Origin: Girardia tigrina | Taxonomy: Eukaryota | Direction: 5' to 3' | NCBI GenBank assembly: GCA_001938485.1 | Contig: MQRK01232615.1 | Coordinates: 1-64,000, forward strand | Length of the DNA stretch: 64,000 bases | Part shown: positions 50,319-63,830 of the stretch, one piece after another | Layout: every line of letters starts with the position of its first letter | Position numbering within the stretch: the first letter of the stretch is position 1 | The notes under the pieces: generated by a model | What the model was told of the DNA's origin: nothing | Database searches by the model: none | Seen by the model: only the letters and a program-made list of their open reading frames with translations | Position numbers and translations under genes: made by a program

Positions 50319-53292
50319 CACCGATAATTGAAGCCTCTCTTGAGAAATGGCAATTTGGATTCCGGACAGGCAGAGGAACGCAACAAGCTATCAGCATCTT
50401 GGGAAAGCTACAGGAAGAAACAAGATATTAAAATATCCACATTTTTTTAATCTTTATAGATCTGGAGAAAGCATTTGACAGCGTCCCCTGGGAGTATCTC
50501 TGGATCTGTTTAAAGAGACTAGGAATAAGAGGGAGAATGTTTGAAGTCATCAAAGCCTTCCATGAGGGATTTAAAGGTTCAATAGGGGATAAAACCTTCA
50601 ATATGAACAAAGGAATTAGACAAGGTTGTGTTTTAGGTCCGCTCCGATTCAATATTGTCTTCGAAACAGTCCTGAAACCAGTGATATTGAATGGTCTCTC
50701 AGGAGGAGCAAAGATGAGTACTGATGCTGGAAGCTGCCTCGAGATCAACAGACTGGCTTACGCGGACGATATCTGTCTGATAGACACCGATTGGAACAAT
50801 CTTATCAGAAACCTAAATCTACTGAATGACTCATTTGTAGATTTAGGACTAAAGATCAATATCAATAAGACCAATGTTATGAACCTAAACGGAGATACCA
50901 ACTTTCTCACCGCCGGACATCAGCTTGAGACTGGTATTGAGTGGGTATCCAAATTCGTCTATTTGGGTTCCACAATCTCCCAAAATGGAACCGCTGAAGA
51001 TGAATTAAGAGAAAGAATACAAAAGGGTACCAAGGAGATCATGGACCTCAAACCGGTTCTGAGGAGCTCCAAACTCTCATTACGGAACAAGAAGAAGATT
51101 TTCAGCTCTTGCATACTTCCCGTAGTATACTACAGTTGTGAAAGTTGGGGAACAGGTAACAAAACAATCAAGAAGCTTGCTGCTTTCACAATTTGTGTAC
51201 TCGCACAATCATGAAAGTTCAGAAGATTGAGAAGATACAGATGTATACTATCAACATTGAACTGCCGCTTCCCATGGATATCATTACAAGCAGAAGACTT
51301 GTCTATCATAGCAGGTTGGACACCTCTGATACAACAAACATTGTGAGGTGTGTGTGGAGAGCAACAAGGTCAATAGGAAAGAAGATCAGTGGTAGAAAGA
51401 AGCAAGCTCTCTCCGAATGCCTCAGAGTGGATATACAGGGGCTCTTTGGGGATAATGCAGCGTATGAAGACTTCATACACCACATTGTCCACAGAGACCC
51501 CACTATAGAAAGAGAGCAATACATCAACTAATTAATAAGAGAAGGGAAGCATGAACAGAACAAGAGCCGATCTGCCGAAATTACTCAATGAGAGAGATAA
51601 ATTCCTTCAATGTACGATAGAAGGTTGCTTTAAGGAGTTTGCCAAACAAAAGGAGCTTAATAGACATCTCAAGCGGGATCACACAGAATCCATAGTAAGC
51701 ATCCCGCTTGAGCTCCCACAAGATGAAAAACCATTTAAATGTATCAAATTCAGCAAAAGTTACAAAACGAAAGGATGGTTCACGAGGCATCTGCATTAAG
51801 ATCATCGAATAGTAGTGAGAAAGAATATCAACGAACATTCGACAGAATCATCAACGCAATCCAACAGCAAAAGCGACAATCCAAACAGAGACGAAGAACC
51901 CACACTCATCCAAACGACCGGCTTTCAGCCAGCAACAGTCATCCCGACTATTTCAACGGTGGTGGCGCAAACGATTTATCCCGAAGATACATATTTGTCT
52001 TTTAGTATCGCAGATCCAAATGCGAGGGGAAAGCTCAAATGGCCCTTTTGCGGCTGTACCAAGTCCACCAATACAGCCAAAGGGATGCTCAATCATGGTA
52101 CCACAATCCATAACTGGTCGTTTGCAACAGAGAAGCCCAAGAAATTTCGGACACTGAAGCACTCCGTCCCCGTAGGAGGCCTATCGGGGGGGTAGCTAGC
52201 ACTCTTTAGTTTGGGTGGACCCTCTAAAGAGCCTAGTGGCTCAATACTATTCGAAAGAGATGGGAGGCCCACGGAAAAATAAATTATTTGGTCGTGTTGC
52301 AGCTAAAGGTCCACTTTTAACTAAGAAGGAAATTAGGAAACAAGTATCAATTTAAAGCCAACAAGGCTTTATGAAAGCAGAAAAATTGTTTACAGAGAAA
52401 ATAACTGAAATCGTATAACAAATGTTCCACTTGGCGAAAAATGCTTGGATAACGATAAAAGTTAAATTTTGTTTCTAGTTTCGATCGAAAATATTATCAA
52501 TACTGACGAATTTTGGCGAATCTTTAAAGAATGTGCCAAATGATTAACTAAAAGACGTTACAAGTCAATACCTAGTAGACTATTATACGTCAGGCCAAAT
52601 AATATGAACAATTCACTATTGAATATAATAAAGTGTTCTCGTTTTTTGTCAAATTTTATTATTCAAGCGTTAATTTCTTTACCTATAATTATAGAATGAT
52701 TTTTAAACTGTTTACATTTATTTCATTATTAAAACAATTGGTTTGCGTTAATTTGAAACTTTTATCAATTATTATTATTAAAATGAATAATCAATTGCTT
52801 ATGTTTAGACAGAGAACGTTCAGTTCAGTAAACCATAACTGACTGTCACTCATTGGTCGACCTTAACCTAACAGATGAGGACTTTATCCAATTTGTTGAC
52901 CAATAAAATAGCATGTCGAACGATCAAACAATTCATAACTTTACCTTAAGATCCTAACCTTAACAACAACCTTAGAAATGGATTATCGAGTATACTTCTC
53001 AATAACTTTATAAGGTCCAGTTCGAAAAATCATCCTACTTTTGGCCACTGATTAATTTACTTTCAATCAGCTTTACTCCGATTTTATATTAAGAAAAAAT
53101 TAATTTACATATTGTCGTTCTGTGAACTGTATGAACAATAACGATTACAAATAATTGAAGAAAAATTATTAAAATTATAAAATCATAAAGGTAAGTAAAC
53201 GATATACGTATATAAAGTAGTAGTATAATCTCATAATTCATGAACGCAACTGTAGTTGTTGATTGATAATAATAATAAATAAAAAAGTTTTA

Positions 53293-53966
53293 AAAACCAC
53301 GTTTTCATATGGACTAAAAAGAGGAAAATAATTTTTTTCTAGACATGTGAGAAATTTTATACCTAACCCCAAAACGTGGGGCGGATNNNNNNNNNNNNNN
53401 NNNNNNNNNNNNNNNNNNNNNNNNNNNNNNNNNNNNNNNNNNNNNNNNNNNNNNNNNNNNNNNNNNNNNNNNNNNNNNNNNNNNNNNNNNNNNNNNNNNN
53501 NNNNNNNNNNNNNNNNNNNNNNNNNNNNNNNNNNNNNNNNNNNNNNNNNNNNNNNNNNNNNNNNNNNNNNNNNNNNNNNNNNNNNNNNNNNNNNNNNNNN
53601 NNNNNNNNNNNNNNNNNNNNNNNNNNNNNNNNNNNNNNNNNNNNNNNNNNNNNNNNNNNNNNNNNNNNNNNNNNNNNNNNNNNNNNNNNNNNNNNNNNNN
53701 NNNNNNNNNNNNNNNNNNNNNNNNNNNNNNNNNNTTTTAATTTAGTCCATATAAAATTAAAATTAATTAATTTGAATTTATTAGAGCATTTTTGAGATGC
53801 AGAGATGCTAAAATCTCAAAATGTCAGGCAGAAGAAGCCTACATAAAAAATTTAAGAACGATCGGATGAGTGGAAGTGGTCTAAAAAAGCGTGTGAAAAG
53901 TGAAACATCACAAACAAACAGAAAGACAGACAGAACCCAAAGCAAGTTAAGTAAAACGTGGTAAAA
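53293..53966 (+). mobile_element. Helentron-associated (HINE-like) non-autonomous element spanning an N gap
   Basis: Short inverted ends ACCACGTTTT / AAAACGTGGT and a CAGA-type tract near the 3' end; 5' part shared with the 46551-46963 palindrome; another terminus at ~46217-46251. Confidence 0.55.
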
Positions 53967-54244
53967 AGGAATAAGAAGATAAATTAGAAAATAATTTACA
54001 CTGATCTTAATAATAACGAAATATACATAATATGATTCTGTTTGTGTTAATCGATTAAACAGTATAAATAAAAATATAGTATTAAGCGGTAAAAATTATG
54101 ATAAAGGCAATTATTGATCGTTAACACAATATAAGACTGTGGTGATTCGTAGTGGCAATTAAAAAAATTAACAGTAAAACAACAATAACAACAACACTAA
54201 CTGATTCACTAACCAAACCGCACCCAAATAACACAACACTAGAC

Positions 54245-54890
54245 CATATAACCTACTGGAAGTCATCGGCAAAGTTTTTGCACGAATAATCATAAATAGA
54301 ATGACGCCGGTGATGGAAAAAAGGTTAGACTTTTGGTAGTTTGGTTGTCAGTTGAAAAGAGGTACTAGGCAAGCTATAAATATACTCAGGTAAATACAGG
54401 AAGAAGGTCGATATAAGGACCAGAAATTATTTGTTATATTCATCGATTTGGAAAGGCATTTGATAGTGTCCCATGTGAAGTTCTGTGGACTTGTCTGAAA
54501 AGATTCGGTTTGAAAGACAAGATTCTCTGTCTGATCAAGGAATTCCTTGAGACCATTTTTTGCCTCTGTAGGAGATTGGGAGATTCTCATGAAAAGAGAT
54601 GTCAAGCAGGGATGTGTGATGGAACCTTGTCTTTTTAACTTGGTCTTCGATGAAGTTTTCAAAACGGTAATAATAAAAGGATTCGGGAGAAGAATTACCC
54701 TGATCGACGAACATGGTGACGAATTTCAAGTCAATAGATGTCCTTATGCTGATGATCTATGTATCATCGACTCTGATATTGATCATGTCTGTTAAAACCT
54801 GGATATATTTAGAAGCACATTTTCAAAAATGACTATTTGTACATCTAAGACGAAAGTCATGTGCCTAACTGACGACTCTGGACTGGAATA
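54245..54890 (+). mobile_element. RTE LINE RT fragment (divergent)
   Basis: LLEVIGKVFARII, FIDL..AFDSV, VKQGCVMEPCLFNLVF, YADDLCI. Confidence 0.85.
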
Positions 54891-55039
54891 TAGCAAGTGA
54901 TGTGTGGTGACTATTAAGGTATATTTTTAAATATATACTTAAATTAAAAGGTCAGGAACTTTAAAGTGCTAAAAAATTTTAATTTGATAAACGGAAGTTG
55001 ATCGTATAATTATTTATTTGATCAAGAGGAGTTAATCGT

Positions 55040-56970
55040 GCAGTTTATTGAATTTAATTGATTAACAAGGAAGTTGATCATTTTATCAAGTATATAAACG
55101 ATCCTTTAAGATTGCAAATCAGAACATAAGAACTCCACTGAAATAGTGTGAGAATTGAAATCGTAAACAGAAATCTAAGGAAACAATAACAGAGTATAGC
55201 TTCGCACTAAATAAATTAGCAGATAAAGCCTTCGGAGAAAGGGCTAGAGTAGGATAAATTGTTCAAGATCAGTTTTTAGAGGGTATACATGAGTATATAA
55301 GAAATCCATTGGCATTAATTGATTAACAGACTATAATGATTTAGTTCATAAAGCTCGACGTATCGAAGCTCATAATATCGATAGAAATAATATTGAAATT
55401 TGTGCCCGAGGTTCATAACCTATCTTTAAGAAAAATCTAGATCCGAGGAACAATCACCCTTCCGAAAAGAGAGGCGGCTATGGTTTCTCGAATCGATTTA
55501 ATAATAACTACTATTATAGAAACGTAAGAAATGATGATGGAGCAGAACACAGTAATTTTAACAGAGGCCGAGTAAATAATTATAGAGGCCAAAAAGTCAT
55601 TGCGTTTTTTACTAAAATATTTAATATCAAAAAATGACATGGATGCACAAATATTTTTACACTATATACTGCCCATTATTTTCAATCACTTTCTTCCACC
55701 TTTCCGGTAGCTTCAATATTCCTGATTCATAAAAACCTTTGCCTTTGTCAGCAAAAAAGCCGTCTAGGAAAGATTTGATGTCATCATCACTGGCGAATGT
55801 TTTTCTGTTTAAGGAATTCTGCAGTGATTTAAATAAGTGAAAATCCGATGGGGTCAAGTCTGGAGAATACGGTGGGTGCGGCAAAACCTCCCAACCCAGT
55901 GATAAGAGTTTCTGGCGAGTGGTCAAACTTGTATGTGGTCTTGCGTTATCATGCTGAATTACAACTCCTTTTCGATTTGCCAATTCAGCACGTTCCTGTT
56001 GAATTGAATGAGCCAATTTCTCCAGCTGACCACAATATCTGTCTGAATTGATGGTTTTATTCCTCGGAAGGAGTTCAAAAAACACAATTCCTTTAAAATC
56101 CAACCAGGAAAGCATTACCTTCTTTTGGTGAATTTCTGCTTTTGGGATCGTTTTGGCTGGCTCACCACGTTTTGTTCATGATCGTCGGCATTCCACATTG
56201 CTGTAAACAATCCATTTTTCGTCACCCGTAATCAAGCGCTTCAAATATCGATCACTTTGTTCTCGCTTCAAAAGGGAATCGCAAATGTCTATACGTTTCA
56301 CCAAATTAATTTCTTTCAGTTCATGTGGTAACCACATATCGAGTTTACTGACGAATCCAAGTTTCTTTAAATGACTTCCAACACTTGATTTTGATATTTC
56401 CAGAGTCTCTGCAACTTATCTTGTCGTCATATGTGGATTAGATTTGATCACTGCCGTTATTTTGTCGCCATCAACTTCAACTGGTCGACCGGAGCGTGGA
56501 GCATCTTTCAGATGAAATTTTTCAGAGCGAAATTTAGAAAACCAGTATTGACAATGTCGAAGTTTTAAGGAGTCACTACCATATACAAAACATATCTTCT
56601 TATGAGCTTACACAGCGGTTTTCCCTTTGCGAAAATAATGCATCAAAACATGATGAAGATGCTCATTTTGATTTTCCATTTCGAATTGACGGCAAAGTAA
56701 TAAATTAAAACAAAATCAATTAATATTTGGTATAAACATAGCCTGAAAATTAAGGTTTCACAATATATAATTGAATTTAAATTTTATCACATCGTTTTAT
56801 GTTTTCAACCTTTTTATTAGGACGTACTCAAAAACGCAATGACTTTTTGGTCAACCCAATAATAATAGAGGACGTAATAATTATAATAATAATAATAGAG
56901 GCAATATAAATAATAATAATGATAGTAATAATTATAGAAATAATAAAAATGGAGGTATTAAGAACATTGA
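55040..56970 (+). mobile_element. Gypsy gag remnant interrupted by a mariner
   Basis: RKQKSKETITEYSFALNKLADKAF...VQDQFLEGI...LVHKARRIE; the N/R/G-rich tail continues on both sides of the mariner. Confidence 0.6.
55587..56859 (-). mobile_element. Mariner (DD34D, mellifera-like TIR) with a pseudogenised transposase (55657-56679)
   Basis: WLPHEL, TGDEKW, HDNARPH, YSPDLTPSD; TIR ttgggttgaccaaaaagtcattgcgttttt + TA at one end, other TIR clipped; at least 3 in-frame stops. Confidence 0.95.
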
Positions 56971-56972
56971 GA

Positions 56973-58070
56973 CTATTGTATCTCAGACGGAGTCTTTTTG
57001 TTAGTTGGGTCTCGTTTTGCAAGTCGGATACTTGTCGTCGGATTGGCGCTCATATCTGCCAAATTACAGGACTGTCCAATAAATTGTTTTTCTGCTGAAT
57101 ACTCGAAAATGCTCGAAACGGTGTACGATAAAAATATTTCTTTTGTCCAAATTGTTGATTTGAAAAACCAAATTAGAAAGTCGAAGTGAATAATTTTGTT
57201 TGTGAAAACAATTTCAAAATTCTTCTTCAATTTACATATGACCATTTTGAGAAATTTGTTAGCAAATCTTTTTACTGTTTCAATTTTTAAATCGAACTTT
57301 AAAATGGGTACCAAAGAGACAAAATTTTCGTCACTAGCTGTTTTGTCACAGAAGACTACATAATTGTCATTGACAAACTGCACCGAATCACTCAATTCTG
57401 GTAAATACCACATCAATTGGAATTTGCTATTGGAAATAGAATTGAGTTTCTTATTTGTTTTAAATTCTAACGAGCTGAATATCGAATATATCAGTTTCGA
57501 AAAAGGCTTAGATTGGGGAATTGTATAGCATTTTGCACATCTATTGTCTCCGGTTTTTCCGGAGACCAGATCATTATTTTAGGTGTAGAATTAAACACCA
57601 TACCTCTATGAAGAATATTGCGATTGATAATATTATTTGATTGATGTTTATTACCTGAAAATCGAAACAATTCAATGTGATTTGGAAATTGTTTGATGGA
57701 CTTCAGAATTTTTCTAATCTTTTTATCACATCTTTCGTCACGCCAAAACAAAAGATAATTTAAATGTTCAACAAAATATAACTCGATATCATTATAAACA
57801 ATCGGTTGATTATTTAACATCGAAAGTTTTTGTTCGAATTCAAAATCGTTAAATAAAACGAATAGCCAAAAAATAATCGGCGATATCGGAAAATCGATAG
57901 GTAATTTATTAAGTAAATCGATTAATTTGATATTTTTATTTGCATATTCGAAGAATAGTTGAAAAGGTAATATTAATTCGGTCACGAATATTTCATCACG
58001 TAAATGAAAACTAATTTTGAAATACTGTTAGAAGATTCGGCAGATAATCGCGTATCACACAAAATATCGT
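56973..58070 (-). pseudogene. Intronless, frameshifted ORF of unknown function (>330 codons when joined)
   Basis: ORFs 57491-57985 and 56973-57416 join with one frameshift near 57500; coding-like sequence extends upstream. Confidence 0.4.
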
Positions 58071-58742
58071 ATTTTTGATATTTTAGACTCAAATTTTAAT
58101 TGAATCGAATCTATTTTAATTTTTTTACGTTTGATTCTCTATGTACGTGATTTCTTCTATTTGTACTTTTGCGTCAATTTCCAACTGGATTTTTACGCGG
58201 AGTTTGATTATTCCGTTAATTCAATTATTTCTGATTTTTCGATAATTTTTTAGAATTTTACCGCATTTATTTTACTTATTTGGACACATTTCCCGATCTG
58301 TATTTGTTGCGGATTTTGTGAATATTTAATATGACCGCGTTTTTATAATTTATTAAGCTTTTTTATAATTTATTTATTATAATTTAATTTGGAATTTATT
58401 TCGGTGGCGTTCGCATGATGTAGGACTCATTGATCAACCGAATATTTGATATTTTGGATAATTTCGATTTAATTACTTTTTTGTGCTTTTGTCCATCTTT
58501 ACCTGCTTCTGTTGCGTATCCTTCTGAGTTTTCCGTCATTTAATTTTTCCACATTTTTGCAAATTTTTCCTTGATTTTATCAGTCATTCTCCATTGATAT
58601 TTTTGTTTTTGATTGTAATATTGCAATAAAATAAAACAATTATTTTTAATTGTTTTTTCTTGGAATTCCGCTTGTTCGATGTCGATATTGATGTTTCTGT
58701 ACCTTAGTGATTTTTACCCGATTTTCCGATTATTTCGCAACA

Positions 58743-59548
58743 CATTCTTTATGCAGATAGAACTCTCTTTGACAAAAAAGTTTTTAAATTTTAAAAAATT
58801 TCAATTAAAAAAACATTAAAAATTAATATAAACTACTTTTAATTTATAAATATATATCTTGCAATTAATGTTTCGATAACCAGGAATTTCCTGTTTTTTC
58901 ACATTTTGAGATCTTAAAAAGAGTTTTTCGATCAAATTTTTACATTGTTAAGAGAACTCACACATTTGACAGAATATTTATTGCATTCACAATTTTTATC
59001 ATCTTTATGATGATCAACAGTAAGGCTTTCACTAGATTCCATCAATCAATTTTTCAATATCTCTCATTATGATCTGAACTAACTTGAGAAAAATATTTTA
59101 TTTAAAAATATTTACTTTAAATTTTATTGGCTGAAATAAAATATTTTTATAGTTATTTTTAAACATTAATTTGATTTTAATTATTTAAAAATTTACAAAA
59201 ATCAAATCATTAAAATTATTTAAAAAGTACAATAATAAAAACTAAAAATTTGAATATTAAATCTATAAATAAATTAGTTTCAGATTATAAAAATTAAATA
59301 TTGACAATCCATCTGGTTAGGAGAGGCACAACATCAAATCAACATACAACATTTAAACATACAAAAACTACACAAAAACATCCACACACCAAATATCCTC
59401 ACATACATAATCATTTACTGTCATCGAGAATAAGTAAATGTGCAAAGTTTGAAGAAAATCGATTGAGTAGAAGACCTTCAAAAACAGGTTTCTAAATTCC
59501 ATGGATACATATAAATATAGAAAGTAAGTTAATAAAAAGAATGGAAAA
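58743..59548 (+). mobile_element. Second HINE-like dispersed repeat family
   Basis: Ends CATTCTTT / AAAGAATGG; 5' part also at ~2258-2320 and an internal part at 1-117. Confidence 0.5.
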
Positions 59549-60634
59549 GAGAGTAGGCAAAGATACTGTTACAAATTCTCTGCACGATATTGGATTAATA
59601 ATGAATCGGTAATAAATGTTTGAGTAAGGACCTTTATAGACTTCGTATTTTCAAATTTTGCCTTATTTCGTCTTGTCTTTCATTTCTTTGCTTGGTTTTC
59701 TTTCTTTTTTCTTTTATATAAAAAAACTGCTTCCCATTAGAAAAATAAAAAACATAAATTTACATACATATAAAAAATAATAAAACAAAAAATGAAGAAA
59801 CTTTGATAGGGTTTCTTCCACCTAATGAGATGTTCGCGGGTATTTGCCTGTTCGGGAGTTTACCAACCAAGGACTATTGCTTGTTTAATAAAGAATATCT
59901 ACTTGCAACGGTTCTTTCGTGTTTTATCGGGATTGTTTTTATTGATTATTGTGCGCATGTTAATGTTTTTTTCAAANNNNNNNNNNNNNNNNNNNNNNNN
60001 NNNNNNNNNNNNNNNNNNNNNNNNNNAGACAAGTTACAAGAAATACAATTTCAAAATTTAAATAACGCAAATTTCATTTTAATTCTGTCAATTTAATGCA
60101 TTTTAAAACTTTTGTTTTAATACATTTAGGTACTGTCATTATTTTCGCATTAATGAAATATTAAAATTTATTTTAGACAATGTCAAATGTTATTATAAAT
60201 AATTGACATTAATTTTATGTCAATTTAAAATAATATTTTCAACTTTTTCAACTTTGTTAAAAATGTTCTACTATGCAATGATCCCAGTAATAATTCTTTC
60301 TGAAACAAATAATAATAATAATAATATAAACAATAATATTGTTAACTTTATAATCACACTTTAAATTATATGACATTCGTTTTAACGTCCATTTTTCCAT
60401 GCATACATGGGGTTTCAAATCAAATTAAAATCGTACTTTTAACACAATGTTGCATTAACAGAATTTATTTAATCTTTGTAATAATTACGTAACGCAGGAG
60501 GGGATGGTGGGTGAAAAATGGCTATTTTTGGCATTATGTAATTATGATAATTGATAAATTTTAACCTTTTATAAATAAAACATATTTTAGAAACTAAGTA
60601 AATAGATTAACGACTTCAATATCAAGGTATATAT

Positions 60635-61997
60635 TAAAAAATTAAGAAAAAAATTTTCGATTGTATTAATATTAGACATTATAAAAATGATAATCTAAAA
60701 GTTTAACGCTGGGAAAACACTGGAATTAAGAAGACGGAATCTTTTGATTATAAAAGTAATATGGATAAATATTAATTTAAAAAATTAGTGACAATTAATG
60801 ATAATAATATACAGGTTCAATAACAATAAATAAATGACAAAAATGTTTTTATTCTAAAAGAAACAAATTTGAAAGTTAATAATTTATAGGTAAACTAAAA
60901 TTTAAGAGTAAATTAAGATTTGCCACTTTGATTTCATATCAAAAATCATTTAAAACATCAATCTATTTAATTGGAATTTAGTGAAATTAGAAAAATCTTT
61001 TTATAGTTGGTAAACATCGATAAAGATTGTTCATATTCATTTCGTCCTTGAAATAAACCTTAGAAAATTAGAAGGCATTATATGATATCTACATTTGATG
61101 TCTTTGATTAAGACTTAAGTTTTTAATTTGCAAAATGATATAATTAATATTCAAACATATTTTAGATAAAGTTCAATCGACAAAATTTATATCGATTGTA
61201 TTTTTTCTTCCATCATAAATTAATTGATTAAATTATCATAAAAAATAACTAGTTTATATAAACTCAAGTTGTTATTTGGTTTATAATAACATTTGTTTGT
61301 GATTAAACTAAACTGCAAGCAGTGTAAATGTCTTGCAATTACTCGCAACCACAAAAACCATAACCCCCAACAGTACGCCATCCACAAATAACTAGAACAG
61401 CTACTCATTTCTGACGTTAATTTACTGTTAGAAATTAAAATTTTTTCTTTAGCGTTATTGTAACACAATAATGATAAGAATCACATTGTTGACATAATAA
61501 CGCAAAATCACTTCTATTTGAATTTTTAATTTATATTGTAGAATTAATTATTTAAACAAATTAATTTTAAAAAAATTTTAATGAGAATTTTTTTTTTTTT
61601 TACTTTTTTTAAATCTAATTTCAATAAAATTCTTATTAAATAGATTGATGTTTTTTAATGTGATATAAAAATTTTATAATCTGAATAGCAATTTTGATAT
61701 GAAATCAAAGTGGAAAATCTTAATTTACGCTTAAATTTTAGTTTACCTATAAATTATTAACTTTCAAATCTGTTTCTTGTTTTAGAATAAAAACATTTAT
61801 TTATTGTAATTGAACCAGTATAAATGTTGTCATTCATCATTTGTCACTAATTTTTAAAATTAATATTTATCCATATTACTTTTATAATCAAAAGATGTCT
61901 TCTAAATTCCAGTGTTTTCCCAGCGTTAAACTTTTAGATTATCATTTTTATAATCTCTTTAATATTAATACAATAGTAAAGTGTTTTTTTCTTAATT
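60635..61997. mobile_element. Long-TIR (foldback-like) element: ~360-380-bp imperfect inverted arms (~60635-60992, ~61612-61997)
   Basis: For example gataatctaaaagtttaacgctgggaaaacactggaatt versus aattccagtgttttcccagcgttaaacttttagattatc; the interior holds the 61294-61503 repeat. Confidence 0.7.
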
Positions 61998-62339
61998 AAT
62001 TTTTTTACTCATAGGAGAAATTTTATTATTGTAAATATTAAAAAAATGTTTCTGGTCATATTATGTGTATTGTAGTAAAAAGGCTTGTTATTTCTTTATT
62101 TATAAAACTTAAGTCGGATTAGAAATTTCTATTAAAAAAATTGTTATTCTTTTAAAAGTATTTTTATCGAAAAAATATTTCAAAGGATCAACAAACATCG
62201 TAATGTTTATCGATTGCATTAAATCATAAGTTATCAATAAGCTTGTTTAGAAAACTGTATGAACATTGAATTTAGGACAAATGCTTCACTTGATACCCTT
62301 TCTTAATAACTATTAAAATGCCCATACAAAATCCTTAGA

Positions 62340-63090
62340 TTATGAATGTTAATTTCACATTTAGATTTTCTTATGCTCGGTCATATTTTTTTCAATCTCT
62401 TTTTGACCACGTTATAAACTTCCTTTACAGTCTCTCCAATGTATGTGACATAACACCCCTTTCGTTAATATTTATTAACAGTATTTTTTATTATTATTAA
62501 ATTGATATTTAATTCCTAACTGATTGCTTTTAATTTCGCACCTTTAAAGTTTTTAAATTCTTCAGAATAAGGTATAATTAATCAATTTTTAGAACCAAGA
62601 GGAGATACAAAACTTTGATTTTTAGAATTATATATCAAAATTTTCTTAATTTCGGGGTAGTAGATAACTCCAGAAAGATTTTGCGAACCCAAGTATTATG
62701 GTAACATGATTAAAGGGTTGGTGTTTCGTTCTTGGTCCTTGTCTTCAAATTATTCCAAGACTAATTCTTGTTTGAACAATTCGAGAGACTCTTTACACAA
62801 GAATCTCTATTCAAAATCTTTCCTTGACAAATTAACTAGAAAAACATTTCATAAATTTAATAAAGATGGTCTAAATAAAACAACTGAAGAAAAGGATGAT
62901 TTGAAACCCGATATATACGAACTAATGAGAGACTTAAATTAAATCACATTAACTATTCCTTATTCTGAAGGCTTTTAAAATTCAAATCGCCTATTTAAAA
63001 ATAAATTAATATCATGAATTTGAATTTAAAATTGTCTCTAAAACATATAAAATCCAGAATATGTCTAGTAATAAATTGACAAGTTTTTTT
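62340..63090. mobile_element. Two Penelope-like remnants in divergent orientation (GIY-YIG on -, RT thumb/linker on +)
   Basis: CYVTYIGET on minus; MIKGLVFRSWSLSSNY...LHKNLYSKSFLDK on plus. Confidence 0.65.
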
Positions 63091-63419
63091 ATGTTTATTG
63101 TTTTGTTTATAATAATACATTGGATTAATTTGATTATAAAAGTTTCAAATTCTTCATTTTTTTATCAGATGTAATTTACTCTTAAAGAATCTATTATTTT
63201 CATAAATTGCAATTTTTTTTAACAATATCATTGATTTTATTGATATAGTACTCATTATTTAAAACTACTACATCATTCCCTTTTATCAAATTTACTGCGA
63301 ATAATATTTTTATAGATCGTGTTTTAGAATTTATTTGAAAAAGAGACTAACTTTGACATTGAATGAAATTTTTAAAATCCATAAAAAACAACTTTAAAAG
63401 TGAAGTTTCCAAGTTTTTG

Positions 63420-63830
63420 ACATTTCTATTTATTAAAAATGAATGAAATTGAAAGAAAAATAGACCACTAATTTAATACACTTGGAGATTGAAGGTATTT
63501 TGAAGTGTGAGGACATAATGGTCCGGATAAAACGAATTCGGAGATGATGAAGCTAATATTTAAATGCCCGACGGATCCATGTTTTAAGTCCTTTGCAGAA
63601 ATCTAAGAGCAAATCACGCACCTGAGAAGAGATCACTTTGGAGCCGAGACATATATTAGAGCGGTTGCTCCTCCAGCGGCACAATAGAAAAGACTTAAAG
63701 ATAGAAAAAAGGAAAACATGAATGCCAGCACTGTTCAAAAGAGTACACATTCGCAGGATGGATGAAGATCCACACTCAGAAGAACCACAAAGAGCTACAA
63801 AACCAGAACAGAGAATGAAGAACTTGCGAA
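63420..63830 (+). mobile_element. Third, divergent zinc-finger RTE C-terminal fragment
   Basis: FKCPTDPCFKSFAEI*EQITHLRRDH and HECQHCSKEYTFAGWMKIHTQKNH. Confidence 0.75.

Larger units (their letters stand above)
47325..52272 (+). mobile_element. Full-length (decayed) RTE-clade LINE: APE endonuclease - RT - three C-terminal C2H2 zinc fingers
   Basis: TWNVRGLN, LTETH, VYAP, GGDFN, ENTFF, GSDH; RT motifs QFGFR, DLEKAFDSV, GIRQGCVL.P, YADD, YLGS, YSCESW; 9-bp TSD GGAAAAATA at 47316-47324 and 52273-52281; interrupted at 49218-50314. Confidence 0.92.

Noticed and set aside
56828-57022. Ile-rich 'membrane protein' ORF on the minus strand
   Set aside because: It is the antisense of an (AAT)-rich gag tail
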